64,000 nt of DNA. It comes from Candidatus Rariloculaceae bacterium (GTDB lineage Bacteria > Pseudomonadota > Gammaproteobacteria > Steroidobacterales > Rariloculaceae). Location of the stretch: contig JBJKYM010000015.1 in assembly GCA_045561025.1 (NCBI GenBank), positions 6,599 to 70,598 on the forward strand, in the 5' to 3' direction. This document shows positions 1-8,729 of this stretch, piece after piece. The notes beneath the pieces are model-generated. The model made no database searches and had not been told where the DNA came from. It saw only the letters and a program-made list of their open reading frames with translations. Positions within the stretch are counted from its first letter, which is position 1. Every line of letters begins with the position of its first letter. A program made the position numbers and the translations under genes.

Positions 1-24
1 TTACGCTAGTATGGTGGCTCGATA

Positions 25-115
25 AACCGAGGGGTGGTCGGAAACGGCCTGAGAGGTTGGCATGAGCCAATCAACCCTTTGAACCTGATCCGGTTAGTAC
101 CGGCGAAGGGACAGG
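25..115 (+). promoter_or_regulatory. TPP (THI-box) riboswitch aptamer in the 5' leader of the TonB-dependent receptor gene (boundaries approximate)
   Basis: GGGGTGgtcggaaacggcCTGAGAggttggcatgagccaatcAACCCTTTGAACCTGATCCGGTTAGTACCGGCGAAGGGA matches the conserved THI-box cores (GGGGUG, CUGAGA, ACCCUUUGAACCUGAUC, GGUUAGUACC, GCGxAGGGA). Downstream CTCC (137-140) is complementary to GGAG of the AGGAG Shine-Dalgarno (167-171), 7 nt before ATG 179, which suggests SD sequestration. Confidence 0.85.
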
Positions 116-178
116 AACCCGAACTGGAATTTCCCTCTCCCTGCCGTTGCTGGATCTCGTTCCCGTAGGAGATTCGCG

Positions 179-2335
179 ATGAGCGACCGCAATACTGATT
201 ATCACGCTGGCCGACCCGGCCTGAGCCTGGCTTTAGGTCTGTTGGCAATACCATTTCTCCCGAATCTGCTGTTTGCACAGTCGCAGGCTGAGGAGGACGT
301 GCTCGAAGAGATCGTCGTGACGGCTGGTTTCCGCGACAACGATCTGATGACGACGGCTGGAAGCGTATCAGTCGTCAGCGAGGAGGTTATCGATGACCGC
401 GCGGCACAGCATCTAGAGTCCATTCTGAACGCGGCTGCGAATGTGAACTACTCAAGCGCATCATCGCGAGCACGATTCGTGCAGATCCGCGGCATCGGTG
501 ATCTCGAGCAATTCGTCGATCCGAAACACTATCCATCGGTCGGTATCACACTGGACGATGTCAACTTCGGCGGTACCGCGAACGCTGGAATGTTATTCGA
601 TGCGGAGCAAGTCGAGATTCTTCGTGGCCCCCAGGGTACGCGTTTCGGTGGCAGCGCCCTCGCCGGGATGGTGAATATTCGCAGCCACCGGCCGACGGAC
701 ACGTTCGAAGGTTACGTCGAGGCCGGTGCCGGTAATTACGGCAGCTGGAATCTCGGTGGCGTCGTCAGCGGCCCGCTCGGCGACACGGTTAAAGGCAGAA
801 TCGCTGTTCAGCAGAATCAGGCCGATGGCTATATAGACAATACCTTCCTCGGACGAAGCGACACTAACGGTTACGAGGAGACGTCATTGCGAGCGACGCT
901 AGATTTCGACCCCAGCGATGACTCGGACTACAGCCTGACCGCTTTCTATTACGACGGCCAGAACGGCTACGACGCGTACTCCCTCGACAACAACAGAAAC
1001 ACGCTTTCCGATTCGCCCGGCCGTGATTTTCAGGAGAGTCTGGCGCTGTCGGGTCGCGCGAACTGGCGCCTCAGCGATACGCTGGAGCTGGAGCTGGTGG
1101 GAACCTGGTCCGACAGCGAGATCGACTACGCCTTCGATGAAGACTGGAGTTTCGACGGGCTCTGCGATGGGACGCTCTGCGCGCCTGCGGATGCGTTTTC
1201 GAACACCGATGTCTATCTTCGCGATCGCGATGAGCTGTCAGTCGACTTTCGACTGCTCGGTAGCACAGACAATAGCGGCCTGCAGTACGTCGTCGGGCTT
1301 TATGCCCAGGAGCGGGATGAGGATCTCTACCGGAGTTACTACGGCGATTTCAACAGTACCTACGCTACCGAGCGGCAGGCGATTTACGGGCAGATTGAGG
1401 TGCCGTTATCCGATCGCCTCGACCTGACGGCGGGGTTACGCTATGAGCAATTCGATGACAGTTATAGCGACAGCTTCGATGCCCGTTCGGCCAGCGACGA
1501 CGTGCTCCATAGCGGCGAGATGACGTTAACCTATCAGGCAACAGACCAGACGTTGTTGTACGCGACGCTCTCGCGAGGCGATAAGGCCGGCGGTTTTAAT
1601 ACCAGCGCAATTTCGAATCTGCCGCTCCTCGCACCGGAGTTTCAGGCATTCCTGCTTCCCCGGCTTCGCGTCAGGACGGAGACGCTGCTAAACCACGAAG
1701 TTGGTCTGAAAGGCAGCTACCTTGATGGCCGGATCGATCTTCGCGCCGCGCTGTTCTATATGGATCGCGATGATGCCCAGCTGGAATCCTGGACGCTGGA
1801 CTTTGTGCCTTTTATTTGGACCGGATTTCTCGATAACGCAGACGGTTCGAACGAAGGATTCGAAGTCGATATGAACTACAGGCTCTCGAGCCGCTTCGAG
1901 CTGTTCGGTTCGATCGGTTATCTGCAAACGAACGTCGAGGAACTAACGACATTCGATGTAGATCTGGGCGACTTCGTGGTGAAAAGAGATATTGACCAGG
2001 CAAAGTCCCCTGAATGGCAATACAACGTCGGCGGGAAATTCTATTTCAGCGAGAACTTAGCCGCGCGCCTGGAGTTCGAGGGTCGCGACGATAGCCGGTA
2101 TGGTTATTATCACGACGGAGGAATCGGGAGTTACAACCTCGTGAACGCCAGCCTGAATTACAGAATCGGTCGAACAGAGCTTCAACTCTGGGGCCGCAAT
2201 CTGACGGATGAGGACTACGCCGTGCATGGATTGTATTTCGGCAACGATCCGCGCAAGGGTTATATTAACGAGACCTACTCTCAATACGGCGAGCCACGTG
2301 TCGTGGGGATTATGGCGAAGTATCTGTTCGAATAG
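179..2335 (+). CDS. TonB-dependent outer-membrane receptor (thiamine/TPP-riboswitch regulated)
   Basis: 718-aa ORF with signal peptide (LLAIPFLPNLLFAQS), plug-domain motifs EEIVVTAGFR and VEILRGPQGTRFGGSALAGMVNI, a long beta-barrel-like region and a C-terminal aromatic end (AKYLFE). Directly follows the THI-box. Confidence 0.9.
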   Translation: MSDRNTDYHAGRPGLSLALGLLAIPFLPNLLFAQSQAEEDVLEEIVVTAGFRDNDLMTTAGSVSVVSEEVIDDRAAQHLESILNAAANVNYSSASSRARFVQIRGIGDLEQFVDPKHYPSVGITLDDVNFGGTANAGMLFDAEQVEILRGPQGTRFGGSALAGMVNIRSHRPTDTFEGYVEAGAGNYGSWNLGGVVSGPLGDTVKGRIAVQQNQADGYIDNTFLGRSDTNGYEETSLRATLDFDPSDDSDYSLTAFYYDGQNGYDAYSLDNNRNTLSDSPGRDFQESLALSGRANWRLSDTLELELVGTWSDSEIDYAFDEDWSFDGLCDGTLCAPADAFSNTDVYLRDRDELSVDFRLLGSTDNSGLQYVVGLYAQERDEDLYRSYYGDFNSTYATERQAIYGQIEVPLSDRLDLTAGLRYEQFDDSYSDSFDARSASDDVLHSGEMTLTYQATDQTLLYATLSRGDKAGGFNTSAISNLPLLAPEFQAFLLPRLRVRTETLLNHEVGLKGSYLDGRIDLRAALFYMDRDDAQLESWTLDFVPFIWTGFLDNADGSNEGFEVDMNYRLSSRFELFGSIGYLQTNVEELTTFDVDLGDFVVKRDIDQAKSPEWQYNVGGKFYFSENLAARLEFEGRDDSRYGYYHDGGIGSYNLVNASLNYRIGRTELQLWGRNLTDEDYAVHGLYFGNDPRKGYINETYSQYGEPRVVGIMAKYLFE

Positions 2336-2434
2336 CGACGATCTGGAGGCCGACGGAGACCTGTTCTGACATTCTTCGAACATCTCGCTGCGGCTGCCAG
2401 AGCGCTTTCTCTCGCTGAGATCGTCGCTGTCGCG

Positions 2435-2977
2435 ATGGCCGTCGCGTATCTGGTGCTGGTGATCTACCAGAATATCTGGTGCTGGGCGGCCGCGCTCGCG
2501 AGCGTCCTCATCTACTTGTTCATATTCTTCGATGCGCGACTCTACATGGAATCCGCCCTGCAGATTTTCTACGCTGCGATGGCCGTTTACGGCTGGTATC
2601 AGTGGAAGTTCGGCGGCGCCGGTCAGGATGGGTTGCCCATTACGATGTGGCGACCGCGAATACATCTGCTCATCGTCGCTGCCGTGCTTGGTACCGCGGC
2701 CGTTCTCGGTAGCGTGCTCTCCATGACGGATGCGGCGTTTCCTTATCTGGATTCGTTCACGACCGTTGCAGCTATTGTTGCGACCTATATGGTGGCCCGC
2801 AAAATTCTGGAGAACTGGATCTACTGGTTCGCGATCGATTCGCTCTCTGTTTATCTCTATGCCTCACGTGATCTTTATCTGACGGCAGTACTCTATGCCG
2901 TCTATCTCGTGCTGATAGTCATCGGTTTTCGTCAGTGGCTGCAGGACTGGCGGCGCCAGAGTGAGGCGGCGCCGTGA
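2435..2977 (+). CDS. PnuC-family vitamin transporter (PnuT-like by context)
   Basis: Multi-TM protein with PnuC-like sequence (NIWCWAAALASVLIYLFIFFDARLYMESALQIFYAAMAVYGWYQW). The frame stays open upstream to 2336 and encodes PnuC-like N-terminal residues (LSLAEIVAVA) without ATG/GTG/TTG (only CTG at 2366), so the start is uncertain. GTGA overlap with the next gene. Confidence 0.8.
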   Translation: MAVAYLVLVIYQNIWCWAAALASVLIYLFIFFDARLYMESALQIFYAAMAVYGWYQWKFGGAGQDGLPITMWRPRIHLLIVAAVLGTAAVLGSVLSMTDAAFPYLDSFTTVAAIVATYMVARKILENWIYWFAIDSLSVYLYASRDLYLTAVLYAVYLVLIVIGFRQWLQDWRRQSEAAP

Positions 2978-3828
2978 CGCGTGAGCAGCGGCTACTCGCG
3001 GAGACCTGTGAGGCGTTGGGCGTTTCGGCTTCTTCAGTTACCAGTCGACCACTCGGAGGAGGGTTGTTAAGGCGCAGCTTTCTCTTGTCCAGCCCAGCCG
3101 GGGAGTGGGTTGCGCGCCTGCCGGTCGACTCACAGGACTTTTTTCGATTGCCGGTAACTGATGAGCGCGCGCTGCTGAGAGATATAGCTGCGGTAGGATT
3201 AACGCCGCCCGTGGTCGGCGCAAATACAGGCGACGTTCTCGTCACGGCCTATCTGGGTTCGGCTACGGTATGGTCTGCCGACAGCGCGCGCGAGCCGGAG
3301 AATATCAATCGAATTGCGCGGAGGCTGCGCCGACTCCATGGTATCGCTCACGACTTACCGCAGTTTCAAGCGGCATCGGTTGCCGAATCCTATTGCCAGA
3401 CCGCGGCCGCAGGTCAGGATCTGACATCCGAGCAACGCGAGTGGCGACGACGGTATCTTGATCTTGCGAATGCTTATGACGAAGCGAGTATCCCGGCGGC
3501 GCTATGCCACCAGGATCTCGTTGCTCCGAATATCCTCGACGATGGTGAGCTGTGGTTTATCGATTTCGAGTATGCGGTGCGAGCGGATCCGATTCTCGAT
3601 CTCGCGAGTCTGGCGAGCATGAACGAATACAACTCGGATGAATGTCGTCATTTGCTTCGCGCTTACTACGGCGAAGAGGTTCCCAGCTTCAGTGAGAAAC
3701 AACTGGAAGATACGACCTCGATGCTGCAGCTGCAGAGCTACTTCTGGGCCCTGGCAAAGTGCAGTGTCGACGGTTCGGATCCGGCTGTCCGGCAGTTTGT
3801 TGAGAATATGGCTGCAGTGCTAAGGTAG
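2974..3828 (+). CDS. APH/choline-kinase-family phosphotransferase (thiamine-kinase-like by context)
   Basis: 284 aa with kinase catalytic and metal loops LCHQDLVAPNILDDGELWFIDFEYA. Translationally coupled to the PnuC-family gene in the riboswitch operon. Confidence 0.75.
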   Translation: MTREQRLLAETCEALGVSASSVTSRPLGGGLLRRSFLLSSPAGEWVARLPVDSQDFFRLPVTDERALLRDIAAVGLTPPVVGANTGDVLVTAYLGSATVWSADSAREPENINRIARRLRRLHGIAHDLPQFQAASVAESYCQTAAAGQDLTSEQREWRRRYLDLANAYDEASIPAALCHQDLVAPNILDDGELWFIDFEYAVRADPILDLASLASMNEYNSDECRHLLRAYYGEEVPSFSEKQLEDTTSMLQLQSYFWALAKCSVDGSDPAVRQFVENMAAVLR

Positions 3829-3876
3829 CTGCCGACTTCACTACCCACAGGAACGGCCATTCGGCCGATAAATCAC

Positions 3877-4749
3877 GTGATCAAGAACGTAGCTTTTCTC
3901 GGCTTGGGCGTTATGGGGTTTCCGATGGCTGGCTGGCTCGGGCGCGCCGGTTTTTCTGTGACGGTATTCAATCGCACGACCGCCAAAGCTGAACGCTGGT
4001 GTAACGAGAACGAAGGTGCCGTGGCTTCAACGGCCGTTGAAGCGGTAGCGAACGCCGAGGCCATATTGATGTGTCTCGGCGACGACCCTGATGTGCGCGA
4101 GATCGTCCTGGGTAACGATGGAATCCTGCAGGCGATGAAGCCGGGCGCATTACTTATCGATCACACGACGGCATCTGCCGGCCTCGCTCGCGAGGTTGCA
4201 TCGGCGGGCGAGGAGCGTGGTATCCATTGTCTGGATGCGCCGGTCTCGGGTGGTCAGGCCGGTGCGGAGAACGGTCAGCTAACCGTCATGGTCGGCGGTG
4301 AGGCCGATGCCTACGAGCGCGCGGAGCCGTTATTTAACTCGTTCGCAAAGATGGTTCGGCTGATAGGTCCCGCAGGCAGCGGCCAGCTCACGAAGATGGC
4401 GAATCAGATCGCTATTGCCGGCGTCGTTCAGGGATTCTCCGAGGCGCTGAACTTTGCGATGCGCGCCGACCTGGAACCCGAAGCCGTGGTCGATGTCATC
4501 AGTAAAGGCGCTGCTCAGTCCTGGCAGATGGATAATCGCTGGAAGACGATGTCGGAAGGGGAGTTCGATTTCGGATTCGCAGTGCAGTGGATGCGTAAGG
4601 ACCTGCGAATCTGCCTCGAGGAAGCACGACGAAACGGCGCCGAATTGCCGGTGGCCGCGCTGGTCGACCAGTTCTATGCCGACGTGATCGGTATGGGCGG
4701 TGATCGTTGGGATACCTCTAGTCTGATCGCGCGGCTGAACAGGAACTGA
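3877..4749 (+). CDS. NAD(P)-dependent oxidoreductase, 3-hydroxyisobutyrate dehydrogenase family
   Basis: N-terminal Rossmann motif VAFLGLGVMGFPMAGWL and family motif APVSGGQAGAENGQLTVMVGG; 290 aa, GTG start. Confidence 0.85.
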   Translation: MIKNVAFLGLGVMGFPMAGWLGRAGFSVTVFNRTTAKAERWCNENEGAVASTAVEAVANAEAILMCLGDDPDVREIVLGNDGILQAMKPGALLIDHTTASAGLAREVASAGEERGIHCLDAPVSGGQAGAENGQLTVMVGGEADAYERAEPLFNSFAKMVRLIGPAGSGQLTKMANQIAIAGVVQGFSEALNFAMRADLEPEAVVDVISKGAAQSWQMDNRWKTMSEGEFDFGFAVQWMRKDLRICLEEARRNGAELPVAALVDQFYADVIGMGGDRWDTSSLIARLNRN

Positions 4750-4753
4750 TTGA

Positions 4754-5638
4754 GTGGAAGGGTTGCTCGAGGATCTCTTGAATCTACTCGGGCTGGAGAG
4801 AATCGAGGACCGCATATTCCGTGGGCAAAGCCGCGATATCGGTAGTCCCAGCGTCTTCGGTGGCCAGGTTCTCGGTCAGGCGCTGGCAGCGGCAAGCTAC
4901 ACCGTCGATGGTCGCGAGGCACACTCCCTGCACGCCTACTTTCTTCGGCCCGGCGACGCCAGCCAGCCGATCGTCTATGAGGTTGAGATCGCGCGCGACG
5001 GACGCAGCTTCAGCAATCGTCGTGTCGTCGCGATACAGCATGGCCGGCCGATCTTCAATATGACGGCTTCCTTTCAAATTCCCGAAGATGGGCTGGAGCA
5101 TCAGGCCACGATGCCCGATGTGCCGGGTCCGAGTGAATTGCTGGCATATCATGAGCTGCCGGCCGAGATTCTGGAGACGATTCCGAAAGAGATGCGCCTG
5201 TTTCTGACGCGCAGGCAACCGTTCGAGATCAGGCCGGTGGAACCCGTAGGTCTGTCATCTCCAGAGCCGTCCGAACGGGCGCATAGAGTCTGGATGCGAT
5301 CGATCGATACGCTGCCGGAGGAGCCTGATCTTCATCTCAGTTTGCTCGCCTATATATCCGATTACCAGCTGCTCCGTACGTCGGTGCTTCAGCATGAAAT
5401 AGATTTCGAGAACAGTACGCTACAGGTAGCGAGCCTGGACCATGCGATGTGGTTCCATCGTCCGTTTCGTGTCGATGACTGGCTTCTATTTTCAATGGAG
5501 AGCCCGAACGCAGCATCCGCACGCGGATTCTCGCTCGGAAAATTCTTCAACGAGAACGGTGTTCTGGTCGCGTCCGCGGCACAGGAAGGCGTTGTCAGGA
5601 TCTGGCCGCAGAAAGCGGATCCGAAATCCGCCAGCTAG
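4754..5638 (+). CDS. tesB: acyl-CoA thioesterase II
   Basis: N-terminus LLNLLGLERIEDRIFRGQSRDIGSPSVFGGQVLGQALAAA is typical TesB; double hot-dog length (294 aa). Confidence 0.85.
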   Translation: MEGLLEDLLNLLGLERIEDRIFRGQSRDIGSPSVFGGQVLGQALAAASYTVDGREAHSLHAYFLRPGDASQPIVYEVEIARDGRSFSNRRVVAIQHGRPIFNMTASFQIPEDGLEHQATMPDVPGPSELLAYHELPAEILETIPKEMRLFLTRRQPFEIRPVEPVGLSSPEPSERAHRVWMRSIDTLPEEPDLHLSLLAYISDYQLLRTSVLQHEIDFENSTLQVASLDHAMWFHRPFRVDDWLLFSMESPNAASARGFSLGKFFNENGVLVASAAQEGVVRIWPQKADPKSAS

Positions 5639-5654
5639 TTGTGACCTGGATAGC

Positions 5655-6176
5655 TCATCGGGGTGTTAGTTCCTCGCGATAGCGTTTGCCGCGCGCGACA
5701 TAGTGATCTGCGATCCAGCGAATATGCTCGAGTTCTTCGTCAGTAACCTCGCGAATTCGCCTTGCCGGTGACCCGAGGATAAGAGAGCGATCGGGAAACT
5801 CTTTTCGCTCGGTGATCAGGGCCTGCGCACCGACGATGCAGTCCTCGCCGATCACGGCATGACTCAATATCGTTGCGCCCATTCCTATCAGCGTACCCGA
5901 TCCGACTCTGCACCCGTGTACGGTAGCGGAGTGCCCTACGCACACGCCATCACCCAGATTGACCGGTGCTCCGGCATCAATATGAAATATCGATCCGTCC
6001 TGAATATTGCAACGATCGCCGATCGTGATCTTGTCGTTATCGCCTCTTAGAACGACGTTAAACCAGACGCTTACGTCGCGACCGAGACTCACGCGACCGA
6101 TTACGGCTGCGTTCGGTGCTACGAAATAGTTCTCGCCGTCGGTTTCTACGCGATCCTCACCCAGGTCGTAGATCAT
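5655..6176 (-). CDS. gamma-class carbonic anhydrase-like / hexapeptide-repeat protein (YrdA/PaaY family)
   Basis: 173 aa, left-handed beta-helix hexapeptide pattern (APNAAVIGRVSLGRDVSVWFNVVLRGDNDKITIGDRCNIQDGSIFH). Confidence 0.8.
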   Translation of the reverse strand: MIYDLGEDRVETDGENYFVAPNAAVIGRVSLGRDVSVWFNVVLRGDNDKITIGDRCNIQDGSIFHIDAGAPVNLGDGVCVGHSATVHGCRVGSGTLIGMGATILSHAVIGEDCIVGAQALITERKEFPDRSLILGSPARRIREVTDEELEHIRWIADHYVARGKRYREELTPR

Positions 6177-7828
6177 GCTTCGTCTGCCTCTGCTTCGGAA
6201 ATTACGGTTGCGCTGTAGTGTAGTGCATTCAGGCGTCGGCGAAATCGAAGGCAGCTTTTTATCAGAGAGACCATGCCGAAGCGAATGAATGCGCGTACGA
6301 CCTGTTGGCGCAGGCCAACCAGGATAACGAGCTGGTCGTTTTCCCTGGCGCGACGTATGACGCTCTCGAATGCCATCGCGGCGCTGTCATCGATATGCGG
6401 GACATCGGCGAAATCGAGTATCACGATCCGATGCTCCGCGATATTCGCCAGGCGCCGTGTTAATCCGTTCGCGGCTCCGAACGTCATTGGTCCACCGAGG
6501 TGTATCAATAGCACTCGATCGTCGCAGCGCTCGAACTCCTGTTTTTCCTCGTCACTGAGTCGGAAGGTCGAGTCTCCTTCGGAGCTGAGCTCGACAGACT
6601 CGAGTTGCAAATCGGCCATTCGTTTCACCAGAGCCAGGCTGGCCATGATGACGCCGACTGCGACTGCCGTTACGACACTCACAAAGACAGCCAGCAGCCA
6701 GACAATGACCATGATGAGCACGCCGCCGCGCGGTGCATACGGGAACCGCTGTATATAGCCCCAATCGATGATACGAATTCCGATATAGAGCAGGATGCCG
6801 GAGAGCAACGCGGCGGGGATGTACTGGATCAGACCACCCGCTCCGAGTAACAACGCCAGCAGCAGAAGCGAGTGCACGACCCCTGATAACGGTGATACTC
6901 CGCCGGCGCTGATATTAGCCATTGTGCGCGAGGTCGCGCCGGCGCCGGGTATAGCGCCGAAGATGCCGGCAATAACGTTGCCGATTCCCTGACCGAGTAA
7001 CTCGCGATCGGAGTCATGAAATTCCTGGGTCGCCGAGTCGGCTGCCATCGAGGTCAGCAAACTGTCCAGAGAGCTTATTAGTGCGAGCACGGTGGCGGCC
7101 ACCCACATCTCCCTCCAGGGCAGTTCAGCAGGTGATGGAAGAACGAACGTTGGTAGCAGCGACGAAGGCGCATCGAGCATCGGAATTCCGAGTCCTGCCA
7201 CCGCAACGGCGAGACTGCCAAGAACAAGAACGATGAGTTCCGCCGGTAGCAGAGCGCGAATTCGTGTCGGTATCAGATAGCAAGCACTCATGGAGGCCGC
7301 GGCAACAACGACAGCGATGAGATTCGCGTTGCCGAGGCTGCCGGGAAGCACCTGCACGGCGGTTACCGTGTCGCTAACTGACGGTTGCCCGAGCAGCGGG
7401 TTGAGCTGCATGATGATAATGATGCAGCCAACGCCTGAGCCGAACCCTGAAATGACGGGGTAGGGGATCAGACTGATGTAGCGACCGAGCCGCATCGCGC
7501 CGAACAGCATCTGCACGATTCCGGCAAGCATGACGACACCGACGGCCGCTGCCGGTTGGTCGGCGAACTGTAGAAAGACACTCGCCATGACGATTGCCAT
7601 GGGTCCGGTCGGGCCGGCAATCTGCGTCGGCGTGCCGCCGAACAGCGCCGCGAAGAAGCCGGTGCATATCGCGCAGTAGAGACCGGCGACCGGTCCCGCG
7701 CCCGAGACGACGCCGAAGGCGAGACCGAGCGGCAGCGCGACGGCAGCGGCTCTGAATCCGCCGCGAAGGTCCTGGCGCCAGTGCCGCGTGCTCAGCGGGT
7801 TCATTACCGGCAGCTTGACGACAGACAT
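6173..7828 (-). CDS. SulP-family anion transporter with C-terminal STAS domain
   Basis: 551 aa with about 10-12 hydrophobic segments and a C-terminal soluble STAS-like region (VLLIHLGGPMTFGAANGL...ILDFADVPHIDDSAAMAFE). Stop overlaps the start of the gamma-CA-like gene (ATGA). Confidence 0.85.
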   Translation of the reverse strand: MSVVKLPVMNPLSTRHWRQDLRGGFRAAAVALPLGLAFGVVSGAGPVAGLYCAICTGFFAALFGGTPTQIAGPTGPMAIVMASVFLQFADQPAAAVGVVMLAGIVQMLFGAMRLGRYISLIPYPVISGFGSGVGCIIIIMQLNPLLGQPSVSDTVTAVQVLPGSLGNANLIAVVVAAASMSACYLIPTRIRALLPAELIVLVLGSLAVAVAGLGIPMLDAPSSLLPTFVLPSPAELPWREMWVAATVLALISSLDSLLTSMAADSATQEFHDSDRELLGQGIGNVIAGIFGAIPGAGATSRTMANISAGGVSPLSGVVHSLLLLALLLGAGGLIQYIPAALLSGILLYIGIRIIDWGYIQRFPYAPRGGVLIMVIVWLLAVFVSVVTAVAVGVIMASLALVKRMADLQLESVELSSEGDSTFRLSDEEKQEFERCDDRVLLIHLGGPMTFGAANGLTRRLANIAEHRIVILDFADVPHIDDSAAMAFESVIRRARENDQLVILVGLRQQVVRAFIRFGMVSLIKSCLRFRRRLNALHYSATVISEAEADEA

Positions 7829-7872
7829 TGTGTTCTAGGGGATCTCGCGCTGCGGGGTTATACGTGCGATTG

Positions 7873-8634
7873 TCATCCCTTCGCCTGGTTGGCGACGGCG
7901 GCGGCCGCGGCTGCTATTGCCTCGGCGTCGCCCAGATACTCAGCGCGTAATGGCTGAAGGTCGGCGTCCAGCTCGTAGAGGCGGGGGACGCCTGTCGGAA
8001 TGTTGAGCTCGGTAATATCCTGCTCCGAGATTCCCTCGAGCATTTTGACCAGCGCTCTGAGACTGTTTCCGTGTGCGGCGACGAGCACGTTCTCGCCGGA
8101 CAGCAGTATCGGTGCGATTGCTTCTTTCCAGTAAGGCTCAACCCGGTCGAGAGTCAACTTCAGGGACTCGGTTGCCGGGAGTACCGCCGGGTTGAGGTCC
8201 GCGTAGCGACGGTCATGTCGCGGATGACGCGGGTCGTCGTCGCTGAGAGGTGGTGGCGGTGTGTCATAGCTTCGTCGCCAGATTTTGACCTGGTCAGCAC
8301 CGTGTTTTTTCGTCGTCTCTGCCTTATCCAGACCCTGAAGATCGCCATAGTGTCGTTCGTTCAGCCGCCAGTCGCGAATGACCGGGATCCACATGAGATC
8401 CATCTCGTCGAGAATGAGCCAAAGTGTCCTGATCGCGCGCGTCTGTACCGAGGTGAAAGCGAGGTCGAAGCTATAGCCTTTTTCCTTCAGCATCTGTCCG
8501 GCGCTTCGTGCCTCTGCCACACCTTGTTCGGTAAGGTCGACGTCGGTCCAGCCCGTAAACAGATTCTTCAGGTTCCACTCGCTCTGTCCGTGTCGTACCA
8601 GGACAAGCGTGCCGGGTTTGTTTGTATTGCTCAT
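7873..8634 (-). CDS. gpmA: 2,3-bisphosphoglycerate-dependent phosphoglycerate mutase
   Basis: [29 protein letters not shown] catalytic-His motif. Start trimmed to ATG 8634 (MSNTNKPG...), giving 253 aa, rather than the 280-aa ORF start. Confidence 0.9.
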   Translation of the reverse strand: MSNTNKPGTLVLVRHGQSEWNLKNLFTGWTDVDLTEQGVAEARSAGQMLKEKGYSFDLAFTSVQTRAIRTLWLILDEMDLMWIPVIRDWRLNERHYGDLQGLDKAETTKKHGADQVKIWRRSYDTPPPPLSDDDPRHPRHDRRYADLNPAVLPATESLKLTLDRVEPYWKEAIAPILLSGENVLVAAHGNSLRALVKMLEGISEQDITELNIPTGVPRLYELDADLQPLRAEYLGDAEAIAAAAAAVANQAKG

Positions 8635-8729
8635 AGTAGTCCGTATTGTTCGAGGTAATTTCTTAGAGATCAACCGTGATGCGGATCTGGAAGCTATTGC
8701 CTCCAGGTCCGCCAACGTGTTCCAGGGTG

